Assembly: GCA_051294905.1 (NCBI GenBank)
Contig: CM119371.1
Coordinates: 124,001 to 188,000 of the forward strand
Direction of reading: 5' to 3'
From: Botryllus schlosseri
Lineage: Eukaryota
Length of the DNA: 64,000 bases
How positions within the stretch are numbered: position 1 is the first letter of the stretch; every line of letters begins with the position of its first letter. Of this stretch, positions 27,658 through 39,371 are shown piece by piece. The notes below the pieces were generated by a model, which saw only the letters and a list, made by a program, of their open reading frames with translations, was not told where the DNA came from and ran no database searches. Made by a program: the position numbers and the translations under genes.

Positions 27658-28835
27658 ACGATGGTGTGTTTTATGATTGTGTGTGAAATCACGAGGCAGT
27701 GTTTTATTGTGGTATACGATTGCAGTCTTCATTCCCACTGAAACACACCTTATTGGATCACAGTATCAGCCCGAGATTTGCAGAATCACTGTTCACGATA
27801 TTTATCTGGAGTCGTTATGTGGGAGTAGTGACATCCATGCATCGTGATTTAGTGAAAGACTGATCGCAATCATTTCGAGCACTCGTACTAGATCAAACGC
27901 TGTAGCCTCAGCAGAAAACTTCGGTGTCGACAACACGATTGATATTGACCGATGTATCCAATTGGTCTGGGTGGTCTGTCCGGAGATAGGGCCATAACTA
28001 TCTTGTAATGTTACAACACGATAACACCATCGAGTAAATCAGTGAACGGTGCCGAAATATCGATGTAATAGCGCGGACTCAGAGTCATCGCAATGTGGCT
28101 TATTGGTATGACATTGTTATCGGGTGTGCTTGATGACATTAGATCTACATCAAAACTACCGGCTATGATAATGTCTGTGGATCGAAGGCTTACTCCCCGA
28201 TGTTTGTATACCAACACATTGCATGCAATGTCACACACCTCCATTTACGCGTATACTGTTGTGGGTAAACAAGCGCGACGTATGTCTGGATGGTATTTTT
28301 TCGTGGAAACACAGGATGTAACATGTTTACTTTGAATATTGTTCATTGGTTTATCGATTCAGAATTGATATCCGGATCCGGCTACATACTTTATCAGGGT
28401 TTCCAATTTCAAACTGAATGTCGAGACATACATTGACCAATAAAGACACAATATAGTAAACATGCGGAGGAAAACTCGACCTGGAGTTGTTATCGCGATG
28501 GGAGACATAAATCCAACCGTTTTCCGAATACCGTTATCCACATACCAACCATCATCGAGGAGGTGTTTTATTCAGACATTTTGACTCTGGAAAATCCAAA
28601 GCGTGAACCTGGACATCACAGAGCTATCGAAGTCTATTGTCCAATTTTCCGAAACATGCATTTCTGTGTACAAGAGGATATTGTATAAGGTTAACCGATG
28701 ATATTGCTGTGATACGACTGATGGAGGTATACTCTGAAACCGGTAGTCCGTGTATATTTCCGTCACTGCTCGTTGTAATCTATTTCAAACTATCGTCAAT
28801 ACAACAAATACCAAATTGTCAGGTGTGTTTGTCAG

Positions 28836-29442
28836 ATTTCAAAATGAAAATGGTTTTTGTTACTCTAGGAAAAGTTAGATGACCAAGAGAAAATGTATTG
28901 TTACACTGGTAAACGCCGGATCTCCAAAGGAAAATGATATTTTTACTAAGGTCAACGACGACCCACCAAGTGAAAATGGTTTGTTGCTCAGGGAAAAAAT
29001 ATATTCCCAAGTGAAAAAGGTTTGTTACCCAGAGAAAAAATATATTCCCTAGTGAAAAAGGTTTGTTACCAAGAGAAAAAATATATTTCCAAGTGAAAAA
29101 GGTTTATTACCAAGAGAAAAAATATATTTCCAAGTGAAAAAGGTTTATTACCAAGAGAAAAAATATATTTACAAGTGAAAAAGGTTTGTTACCCAGAGAA
29201 AAAATATATTTCCAAGTGAAAAAGGTTTGTTACCAAGAGAAAAAATATATTTCCAAGTGAAAAAGGTTTGTTATCCAGGGCAAAAATAGATTTCCAAGTG
29301 AAAAGGGGTTTGTTATTCAGGCCAAAAATATATTTCCAAGTGAAAAGGGGATTGTTACTCTGAATAAACGATAAATCTCCAAAGAATAATGGTATTTTTA
29401 CTCAGGTAACGACTGACCTCCAGGTGAAAATGGTAATTTTAC
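28836..29442. repeat. Mirror copy of the 41-42 bp minisatellite
   Basis: CCAAGTGAAAAAGGTTTGTTACCAAGAGAAAAAATATATTT units. Confidence 0.9.
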
Positions 29443-31179
29443 TTGCGTAGGTATCGTATGTTTTGTGTCGTTGGTGTTGTTAAACGTAGCTGTCGAGCTG
29501 TACAATATACTTGTCGTGAGTCTACAATTACGAAGGAAGAGAATGAAATTGCTATTATGAGTGCCAGAAGGTTGTTGTATGTAGATTTGACAGTAACCCT
29601 ATCATTCGCATATGACAAACACAATCATGGTCATTAACTAACTTGCTCGGTCTCGATCAATGCAAAAGAGATGATTCGTTTTTTGAAACCGTAGCGAAGA
29701 CCACATGTAAATCGATGTGATAGACTTCTACCCCCCTTACATTCAGTCGTGTCGTGTCCATTTTAATACGGATCCCACATGTATGACATGCACACACTAA
29801 CGCCGTAAACAGAAGTCGATGATTTTGATTAATAAAAATATTTCTTGACTACATCGGAATGTCTATGTTGTAGAAAGTAAATACTTTTATGGTGTTGTGT
29901 GTTTAATGAAAGCGATTGGTTACAAGTATGTTTTGGCAGAATAAAATTTATTTTTCTGTATGTGACAGTTTGCGAGGAAATGAAAATAGATTCGTGGTTT
30001 TAATTGAATTGTGACTGTGTTGTTTTAATGTACGTTTCAACAGGTAGACTTGACACTGAACAACAATTCGACCCACAAAACATATTCGTTGTATGATTTG
30101 TCACTGGTGTGTAAAGGGTTAGGAATATTTTGAGTGATAATATCTACTAGCTGTTTTGTTGTGAGGGCGATTATGTGATGACTCAGCACTTTTCGTTAGC
30201 AAAGTAGATTGATCTATGTGAAAGATGTAAGGATCGTGGCTAGAAACATATGTACTTTGTTGTTGGAGTAGCTGATTTACTGCTATGGTGTTGACATAAC
30301 CCTCTGGAAGTGAGTATGCTTTTCTTTCACGAAAGTTTACGTGGCTCCGTTGTAATAAATTTGTGTTGACTAAACTCGGATGGATACTGCAATTGTGCTG
30401 GACTTACACATGGTATTCGCATACTGCACGCATACAAACTTTTGTGTAAACAACTCTGATGTTTCTGTTGGTACTAGTGCTGTGTTGAACTATTTGGTTC
30501 TTAAGACACAGGAACACCCATTCAGACAATAAAGGTCTTATGATATCGAAACAGTTTGTAGAGTCTAACCAACCATTCTTTAGTTTCGTAATGCGAGAAT
30601 ATCGAGTAAAGTTAATTACTTAGTGTGATGTTAATATCCTTCGTACTTTTGTAAGAGTTGTGGAGTAACATACCGAGTAACTAGTTGACACAAACAAAAT
30701 ATTGAATGATCGCTAACGCATTGAGTTCATAATCCAAGAGGGTGAAATTTGTTTACTGTTAAACTAACATAACTCGTAACCAGCGAAACAGATACAATCC
30801 GGTGATGTGATGTTGGTCAATATCCATTTTGTAAAGATTGAGTAAATCCTCTTCCGCCAGGTGGGTGTGGTTCAAATCAATAGCATGTTACACATAAACA
30901 TCATTTGTATTGAGGGTGATATTGTTGAGTGATGATGCCGCAACAACACAATAAGTATTATTTTGTATCGGGTGTTTGTGCTTTAGGAATAGCGAAGTGT
31001 GTGATATTTTGGATATCTGTGTTTGGGTGAAACTAGGGTTGTCCTTGGGTCTTGTGTTGGGTAAATCAGAACTATGTCTAGAATTCAAGCACGTCCAAGT
31101 AACGTCTTTTAGTGACAGAGTATTGTGATGACATTTACTTTAGCGAATGACAACGGAAAAATTTCCAATTTCTCTGATC

Positions 31180-31210
<31 letters not shown>

Positions 31211-32982
31211 ACTAATAATTCCAGTACACCTAACTATAGGACACATTTAGTAAACATCGTGCAAATTGTTTCTTTGTGATGGTAACGACTTTCGGCGGCT
31301 TAGTTTCATGTCAGGAATTATTATTTGAGGGTTCAAGAACAATTTCAATCAATACTACAAATGAACAACAATGCAAAACACGTTTAGCAAATAACAGTGT
31401 AGCAAGTACTTTTTTGATATTACGATTGTTGTGCATCAGACATTTCTAACTGAATTGGATGCATCTAACAAACATATCACAATTTACTTTTGTAATGACC
31501 AAAGTCTTAGAGTGTATAACCTCGCGATATTTTACATTTAGCACGCACAATGGGGGGAGTTACTGAAATGATTGAGAATTCATCGCTAGCTTCGAACGGT
31601 ACTCGATACTCAAAGTGATATTTTCACACTCTGTAAAGTGCATATGTTTCAATTCTCTGTCACAAATTCCGACGATAAATCGTTGGATTCAATAGTAACG
31701 ATACTGTGATATACTGATTCTACACTTAGTCGTTTCAATTACCCGTTGGGAATCGGGATAATAAAGCATTTTGTATCGGAGGTTTAATGTATGAATACTG
31801 GAATTATTACATCTTTAGTGTTGTTTATCGCAAACGATAGATTTTAATAATTGTACTGATTGTTGAATGTAATAATACCGATATTGTCGTTTCATCTTTA
31901 GTCTTTGTTACTGAAAATATTTTCTGATATCCGCGATACGCAGAGTGATTTTTACCAAGGTGGAGTAATTTTCCTATCAAGAACATTTCAGACACACATA
32001 GTTTTACAGCTTAATATGTTAATAACATTGGTACTGAAAAGTTTGTTGCTGTCATAACATTTACCACAATGCCGGGTCTAATTAACGCAAATAATTCAAT
32101 AATAAAGTAATGATCAACTATTACAAAATCTCATATGTCAAAGCAATGTGTCAATCCTTATGTTCACAGCATGATAACTTTGAATATAACACCATCGTTC
32201 GATTGTAAGAAATGAGTTCTCAATTACGTTGGTCAGACATTCAAATATCATATACTCAAAACATATGTTAATCTCAAGTCGCCGACACCGAGAAGTAATT
32301 ACTTTTGTCTTACAAAATATACCACATAGTAATTTTTTTTTGTCTTGCAGAGTAGTAACGACTTTTACAGTTGAATAAAAATACGAGTTGGTGGACTATG
32401 AATACAACCGAACTTGCTATGGATTTTGGATTGTGGTGATTACTGGCGTAGTCTTGTCTACTTTTCATAAGGATACTTTTTGCTTTGGTTGGGTAAGTTA
32501 CAAACGGGTTGACTTGACAAGGTTTTTTGTATTTTACTCTTTTGTTTATGGGAAGATGGTAAAATGTTGAGACGTAATACTATTTCCGTTCACTCGATTA
32601 CAAAAAAAAACACCTGATAGCTTGTTCAAGGTTTCAAAAAATAGATTGAAATATTCCGATTTAACTCATCGCGTCACAAGTCGATCGCGGTATGCATAAG
32701 TGGTTGTCAAGTTAGAAATATTTACAACAGGTGCTATTTCATTGATTGATTCTATTGTGTGTAGTAACACATAAAAATATCGCGATAGTATTTACTGAAA
32801 CTGATAAACGGAAAACTCAGTCGTGAATAGAGTTGTAAGTTTCAAGGATTGTTTCAAAGTGTAATCTTGAAATGTGACTGGATCAAAGTTGGTAGTCATG
32901 TTTGTCAAAGTCCAAATATTTCATTTTGGATTATCTGGATTTACCTTTAGTACATCCCGCGAATGGATTCCGATGCGGTACT

Positions 32983-33105
32983 ATAACATTTTTGATAATA
33001 ATGACTCAAGGATTTTCAATCAACAATACTGGAATTTTTTGGTAATGCTAGAGTTGCCAAATGATTAGTTGCGTGTTTTTGTTAAGAGTTTGATTTCGTG
33101 TTGAT
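32983..33105 (+). pseudogene. Eroded C-terminal remnant of the Polinton protease; mirror at ~22093-22215 on the minus strand
   Basis: ATAACATTTTTGATAATAATGACTCAAGGATTTTCA (ITFLIIMTQGFS) and CGTGTTTTTGTTAAGAGTTTGATTTC align to ~4181-4300 (IAFLIKRAQGFS...RAFVKSLIS). Confidence 0.65.
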
Positions 33106-35408
33106 AAAGACAATAACTGTATAATGCACATACTTGTGATTCTTGATTCTTGTAGAGTTATAGTTGGTATTGATTCTATAGCTATGAAAACGACGGCGCG
33201 GAGTGTGCGAATAATTCGATGTGGCTAAAAGTCGGTGTCAGTAATATTCAGGTTGCAGTCGAATCAAAAGATCACGAAAAGATTTCTCAAAATAATTAGA
33301 ATTGTACCGAATTAACACATTCAGATACGAATCAACTTGAACTGTGTAGTGAGTTTCATTTCGAGTTGACAAATTGACGCATTGATTGAATATTCTCATG
33401 ATTTGTATCACGCAACTAAAGTCAACCACTCTTCTGAAGTGTCAAAACATATAGCGATCGCGGGCAAGTGACAAATTGCTGGTTTTGAATCACCGTCTGC
33501 GACGGTTCTGTGACAAACTAATTACCGAAATATTACCATGTGAGCGGGCATGAGAGAGTGCTATGTCTGCAGCATTATCCGGTGAGTGGTCGTTGGATTT
33601 TAAAATTATATCACAACATTTTGAATAAGCGTTCACTTCACAAAGGATTAGGCTTAGAGCGGAAATAAGTGACAATTTGTCGCTATTCAAGTTACCCACA
33701 CTGGCGGTCTGTTATTCGTTACTTATTAAATCTTATGAGTGAAATCAAGTTCTGCGACAAACTGATTACTAAAATTTCACCGCGTGAGCGAGCCAACACG
33801 AGTTTCCAATACGACATGCGAGAGATACCTATACTTGAAAGTACGACGTGCGAGCGCACCCATAAGAACACATGGCGAATCACCACCTCAGCCTATACCT
33901 GTAACGTTATCATGTCACCCGAGTCATTATCTTGTCAGAGATCGCGGGGTTTTGCAAACTATTTCACACATTTTTGAAGTGTTAGTTTGTGAACGCGGTT
34001 ATTGTTGATATTCGAATCGCCGACTACGCCGGCTCTGCGGTAAACTAATTACCAAAATATTACCTTGGAAGTGATTCCTAGATTTAGCAAACTATTTCGC
34101 ACTGACTGGATTAGTGTAATAATCGATACGATAGTAGCACAAAACAGCTGCACGGGCAACAATTCAGCGCGCAGGTCATTCGAAATATAGGTCGCACTGC
34201 TTAATCCTCTTGCAAGCCACGTTTCCGTTTGTGCGGTTATTGTTGGTGACTATTCAACACCACGCGAGAGATGGTTGAAAGTGCGAATCACGACCGCATC
34301 CATAAGAACACATGGCGAATCACCACAGATCCCGTAAGAATACACGACAGGCGAATCGCCGCCACCGCCTATAGCAAAAAAGGCGAGTCACCACCCCAGG
34401 TTTTCACGGCGAATCACCACCGCAGCCTATACCCGAAAAGGCGAATCACGACCGCACCCATAAGAACACATGGCGAATCGCGGCCCAGAGGGGGGTCTAA
34501 AAAGGCGAATCGCCACCCCGGGTTTCCAGGCGAATCGCCACCCCGCCCATAAGAACACATGGCGAATCACCACAGATCCCGTAAGAATACACGACAGGCG
34601 AATCGCCGCCACCGCCTATAGCAAAAAAGGCGAGTCACGACCACGAGTTTTCACGGCGAATCACGACCGCGGCCTATACCCGAAAGGGTGTCATCATCAC
34701 CGCATCCATAAGAACACATGGCACCTCACCGCCGAGAGGGGGTCTGAAAGGGTGCCATCACCACCACGAGTTTTCGCGGCACCTCACCGCCGCAGCCTAT
34801 ACCCGAAAGGGTGCCATCATCACCGCATCCATAAGAACACATGGCACCTCACCGCCGAGAGGGGGTGTAAAAGGGTGCCATCACCACCACGAGTTTTCGC
34901 GGCACCTCACCGCCGCACCCATAAGAACCAATGCAAAAAATTAGCCGCTCACGACCGATCGACTATACTACTCTTGTTTCGCTTACTCAAGTAGTTTTGT
35001 TCGTATACGACATCTACCTCAACAATTTTTTTATTGGTAATACTAATTTTTGCATACTTGGCATTGTCTAGTAAATTTTGACGCACACTGACGATGCCTT
35101 GCTTCAGAATTAACACGTTAAGCTTACAAGCAGCAACGTGTGGGAGATCATGCCTGAATTTCGTACAACAATTAATCGTATTAAGTATGGGATATCGAAA
35201 TCCACTAAAATTCATAAATACCGTGCATTATCACATAACCCTGATAACGACATTATGTCATGCATATAACTAAAGCCTCATGATTTCTAGCATTAGTAAC
35301 GGATTGGACCTGTTCCGTGAATTGACCATTACATTCAAAGTGATCGCGCTCATGTAATATACCTAATTAGGCGTATCTAAGATACGATGCAACCAAACAA
35401 TGACTCAC

Positions 35409-35604
35409 AGTATAAAACTTCCAACTCAGTATCGAGATCATTTGCAATCTTCTGGACTTTCTTCAATTCGTTTCCTTTCAACATATCTTCTTCTTTGTAA
35501 TATTTCAATGTCAATTTCTTCAAATTTGAGTTGTTGACGAGAGACGAAATCTCATCGAGTGAAGGACGGCATCCTTTTCGGAAAATGCATCTGATATATT
35601 CGAT
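35409..35604 (-). CDS. Probable LRR-region exon of the NLR-like gene
   Basis: Acceptor TTTTCTCACCGCAG, donor GTGAGT, phase 0 start. Reads IEYIRCIFRKGCRPSLDEISSLVNNSNLKKLTLKYY...ELEVLY. Confidence 0.6.
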
Positions 35605-35704
35605 CTGCGGTGAGAAAATATTATCATTATTATTGTGTATTTCAATGATGCTTATTTTTGAACATTTCACCAGGGGCCATGATGCATTACAACATATTTT
35701 AGAC

Positions 35705-36839
35705 CAGGGGGTCAAACATACGGCCCGAGGGCCGCAACAGGCCTCCTGGGCGATTCTGAAAAACGGCTGTATTATCTGGCACATTTCCAACGAATGTTGA
35801 GATTTTTAGTACGGAACACTTCCATTCTCTCAAGCCAGGAAATGTCGAGCATGTTCATAGGCCACATTATAACCATCCGACCGTGGTGTTGAGGTTACAC
35901 TAGAGTCACCATCATCAACAAGTTACTGCCATTGAGACTAGTGTTACCATATGTTCTCTTTTTTGACTTTTTCGAACGTGTCCCCGGAGCACGCTCAAAT
36001 GACCTCTTTTTGAGAATTTGTCTCCTTATTTGGAAATTTCGGTTGAATGTATGTGAAAATTCAACCGAATGATTGGAAATAAGTACTGAAGTAACGGTCC
36101 GACGGGTCTTTCGGGAGTTGAGCCAGAATGATGACCTTTTTTTTACTCAACCAACCACAAAATTGGAATAAATTTGCCAATTTTTTAAAATTTCATTTCT
36201 GTATTGCAAGTCTGAATTTTTTTAAAGGTGTACTCTTTTTAGATTCCCAAAATATGGTCACCCTAATCGACACTCAATTCTGAGAAGGCGAAAATGTGCT
36301 CAGTGAGTTCACAGTTTCATTCATAAACGGACCACAAAGTAGTTATCTACAGAAGTGGATAATATAATTATGACATCAAAATATAATTTAAATATCTGTG
36401 GTTGCACTCCTTTTGCGCTTATGAGTCAACATCTCCTTGGCTGCCAGAGAAACCCGAATCAAGATGTGAAAATGATGAGCCAAATATCAACGTATTGTAC
36501 GCCTTGTATTCCTCACAACGCTTACCACAGGATTGTCAGATTCCAACTAAAACAAAGCAAGCATAGCAATTCGCCAACGTATATCGTCGGTCCGGCTATT
36601 CATCGTAATTTTGCCAATTCGGTTGTTTGCGAATAATAAAGGTATTGATGGAATAGAACCAGATGGCCGTGATATAACGTGATTAATATAATGCCTATAA
36701 GCTTTATAATAATGTATTCAAGTGAAAAACAAGGGCATCGATTTTAGTGGAATATTTTGAAATCATTTGACTGGTCCGGCCCGCGAGTGCTCAAAATGTT
36801 TGACTCTGTCCTGCGACGCCAGTTGAGTTTTACACACTG
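35705..36839. mobile_element. hAT (Charlie-like) non-autonomous element
   Basis: CAGGGGGTCAAACATACGGCCCGAGGGCC...GGCCCGCGA..GAGTTTTACACACTG; degenerate 8-bp TSD TTTTAGAC/CTTTAGAA. Confidence 0.7.
35939..36265. mobile_element. hAT-type MITE nested in the 35705-36839 element
   Basis: TAGTGTTACCATAT...ATATGGTCACCCTA; degenerate TSD ATTGAGAC/ATCGACAC. Confidence 0.55.
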
Positions 36840-37032
36840 CTTTAGAATAAAAAATTACCAGGAATCACGAACTCCGCAACTGCGGTGGATATGTCGGCCA
36901 TGGAATATAAGTTAATTCATGTGGAGGGGACTCGTACTGTGAGGAACTCAATAACTCAATGATAAACGTGCGATGGTTGGAGAAGAACGTTCAATATATC
37001 CAATGTAACTAATACTATATCATAAGTACTAC

Positions 37033-37200
37033 CTTCTTTTGCTGACAAGCTTCTAACGTCTTCCTGAATTCATCTGCTTTATCAACGTAAAACATGGCAT
37101 GGATATTGCCAAAAACGGGAATTGCTGTCCTGCGCTCCAAAATTCGGCTATAATCCTGGACAGGTATCAGGCCATTCACGGCAATATCCAGGAGATCCAA
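37033..37200 (-). CDS. LRR exon (168 bp, phase 0-0) of the NLR-like gene
   Basis: Acceptor CATTTTAG, donor GTAGTA. Reads LDLLDIAVNGLIPVQDYSRILE...LEACQQKK; 56 codons equals two 28-aa repeats. Confidence 0.65.
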
Positions 37201-37334
37201 CTAAAATGCGAAAACAGCTATTCCCAGACTTTAAGATAGCCGCCGAAGAGAGATGATTGGGTTCGAAGTCATATAAAATGATAGGTGAATAAAAACGCAT
37301 TAAAAATACTTTGGGAATAGAATCAGGATCGTAC

Positions 37335-37418
37335 TTGATACTTTTTCCAGCAAGTCTCAATCAACGACCAATCGATGTTTTCTTCTTCTTCCGTGCAATT
37401 GAGCAGGATCTTGCTTAT
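37335..37418 (-). CDS. 84-bp phase 0-0 exon of the NLR-like gene
   Basis: Acceptor TGTGTTCAG, donor GTACGA. Reads ISKILLNCTEEEENIDWSLIETCWKKYQ; a 134-bp GT-AG intron leads to the next exon. Confidence 0.55.
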
Positions 37419-39221
37419 CTGAACACAATATTGATTTCATTAGTTGATATGACGTAATTGTCTTGATGTTTTCTCATTTGAATAATTATTCATATTGGTA
37501 AAGTTCAATACTGATTCGTTAGAATTCTTTGGTTCTCCATAATGCATTTGCTACATCGGTTTCAGTCTCATTCCAGAGTTTGATATCTTTCAAAAATATA
37601 CTTCTATTCATTGTACAAACGTATCATATAGAAGGTGGTGGTCAAACCAGTCACCGTCGTTACTCAAGTAGAAGTGAAAGTAGCGATATACAATTAAGTA
37701 AAATATAATTATTGTAGGCATAGTTTCGCGTAAAAATGATAACTGCCTAATAGAAGTAGTCTGAAATCTTAGCTACTTGAGTATGTAGGACAAGTAGATA
37801 AATCTACCTGAAGTACTACGGCAAGTAGAAGTACTTCGTTATTGACCACCTCTAGATAAATGCTGTAAGGAACGCTGGATAGCGTATGTAGCGATGTCGC
37901 TTATGTTTACGCAAAGGTTGAATTTTACCCGAGCAGTAAAACATATACAGCATACCCTATTTTTAATATTATCTACCTGCTTTCGAAACCTAGATTTTGA
38001 GCAGACATTGTTGCTTTTCACCTCAAACTTCGCCAAGCTTGAGCGCACATTGCGAGATGATCAGTAGCAATCTGCTTCTACTTCTTCAAAGTATGTGGTT
38101 GATGTAACGATTTCACTTATGTAATTGATTCAAAATTATACCAGAAACATGTACTGCACTCTAAAAATGATATGGTCTCAAATTGAAGGGCGAAACAAAA
38201 ACAAAAATTTGGCTCCAGCCATTTTCTTCAGAACGCCGACGTATTGAAGCTGCAATTTAATGAAATTTCCGCAGGACCTTCACGCTTCAGCAGTCATGCA
38301 AAGTCCGAACTTTATATAGTTGTCAGCCAATGTTATGAAGGAAATATGCCGTACACGTCAAGGTGGTTTAGATAACGCGTTCAACGGAAGATGCTCAGTG
38401 AGGAGATTTATGTCAAAATTGGGCCCAGTGTATTCTATTTCTTCAGGACAGAAATAAATGATGCTCAACAATTTTCTTACGAATAAACAATATTGTATGC
38501 ATAAGAATAAGACATGATTCTAGACTACTTTCACGCAAAATTGCTTACTTTTCACGGAATGGATTTTGAGAGATAGAAAGTGGTTTTGTGTTACGTTTGT
38601 ATCACTGTGATACGTGAAACCGTCTCAAGAAATCGCAATAGACATCATGGTAACTGTTGAATCGAATTTCCAAGATTATACAAATTTGCAATAATAATCA
38701 TTTTTAGTTACTCGCAGAGACTCATCTTGTAATTTACAAAGTAACCGCTAGCGATAAATCACCAAACACTTACGAGCGATCGACCAAAACTACTTCCCGA
38801 AACTCAAGTACTTACAAAGGTACTTTTCCAACTTGTCACTTTCTACGTCCACTTGAAGTAGTTTTAACACATGGTGGACACATCTAATTCTACATATAAT
38901 TGCATATAAAATTAAAACGTTTCTCCTACTCCTTCACTATTATCAAGGCTGACTACTTTCACCACATCTACGTACAATCAAGACTCGACTGGCAATACTA
39001 GAGATGCAAGTAGAAGAGAAATTGAGAATGGAAGTTTTTGTCGAACAGTGAAGAGCGGATTTGATATTTCAAAATACAAATCCTCTTCAAATACAGAATT
39101 TATTTTGTCTTACCTCCAAGTTCAAATCCGATTATGGCTGAAATTTGTCCAAAAGTATCATGGAAATTGAACAATATCAGGAAATATTTTACAATAATAT
39201 TACAGGAAATGTATCTAATAC

Positions 39222-39371
39222 CTTCTTTAATTTACAATCAGATATCTTCCGCAAATCATCCTGCTCGGCCAACAATAGTTCGTCGAATTTCGAGAATTGT
39301 GCATCAAAAAGTATTCCAAAAAATGCAACTTCTGCTACGCGAATAACCCGGTCGAAAGATAGATTGGTATC
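39222..39371 (-). CDS. Probable 150-bp phase 0-0 exon of the NLR-like gene
   Basis: Acceptor TTTTATTTTCACAG, donor GTATTA. Reads DTNLSFDRVIRVAEVAFFGILF...LRKISDCKLKK and ends in KK like the 37033 exon. Confidence 0.5.

Larger units (their letters stand above)
20232..34972. mobile_element. Non-autonomous, almost fully palindromic Polinton/Maverick-derived element (14,741 bp)
   Basis: Ends 5'-AGTAGT and ACTACT-3'. Perfect 6-bp TSD CTTGTT (20226-20231 and 34973-34978). Arms 20232-27120 and 28076-34972 are reverse complements. Protease remnant in each arm; no ORF over 175 aa. Confidence 0.92.
28076..34972 (+). repeat. Right arm of the giant inverted repeat (6,897 bp)
   Basis: Reverse complement of 20232-27120; the 8-bp length difference is fully explained by the two indels. 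Confidence 0.97.

Noticed and set aside
20232..34972. Assembly artefact (read fold-back) as the explanation of the palindrome
   Set aside because: The arms differ by indels and substitutions, there is a unique spacer, the flanks are distinct, and a perfect TSD abuts canonical termini. Long-read confirmation is still desirable.
34470..34994. 174-aa repetitive His/Arg-rich ORF, its mirror 20216-20734, and ORFs at 4639-5084
   Set aside because: By-products of GC-rich terminal repeats; the 34470 and 20216 frames run through the terminus into flanking DNA.
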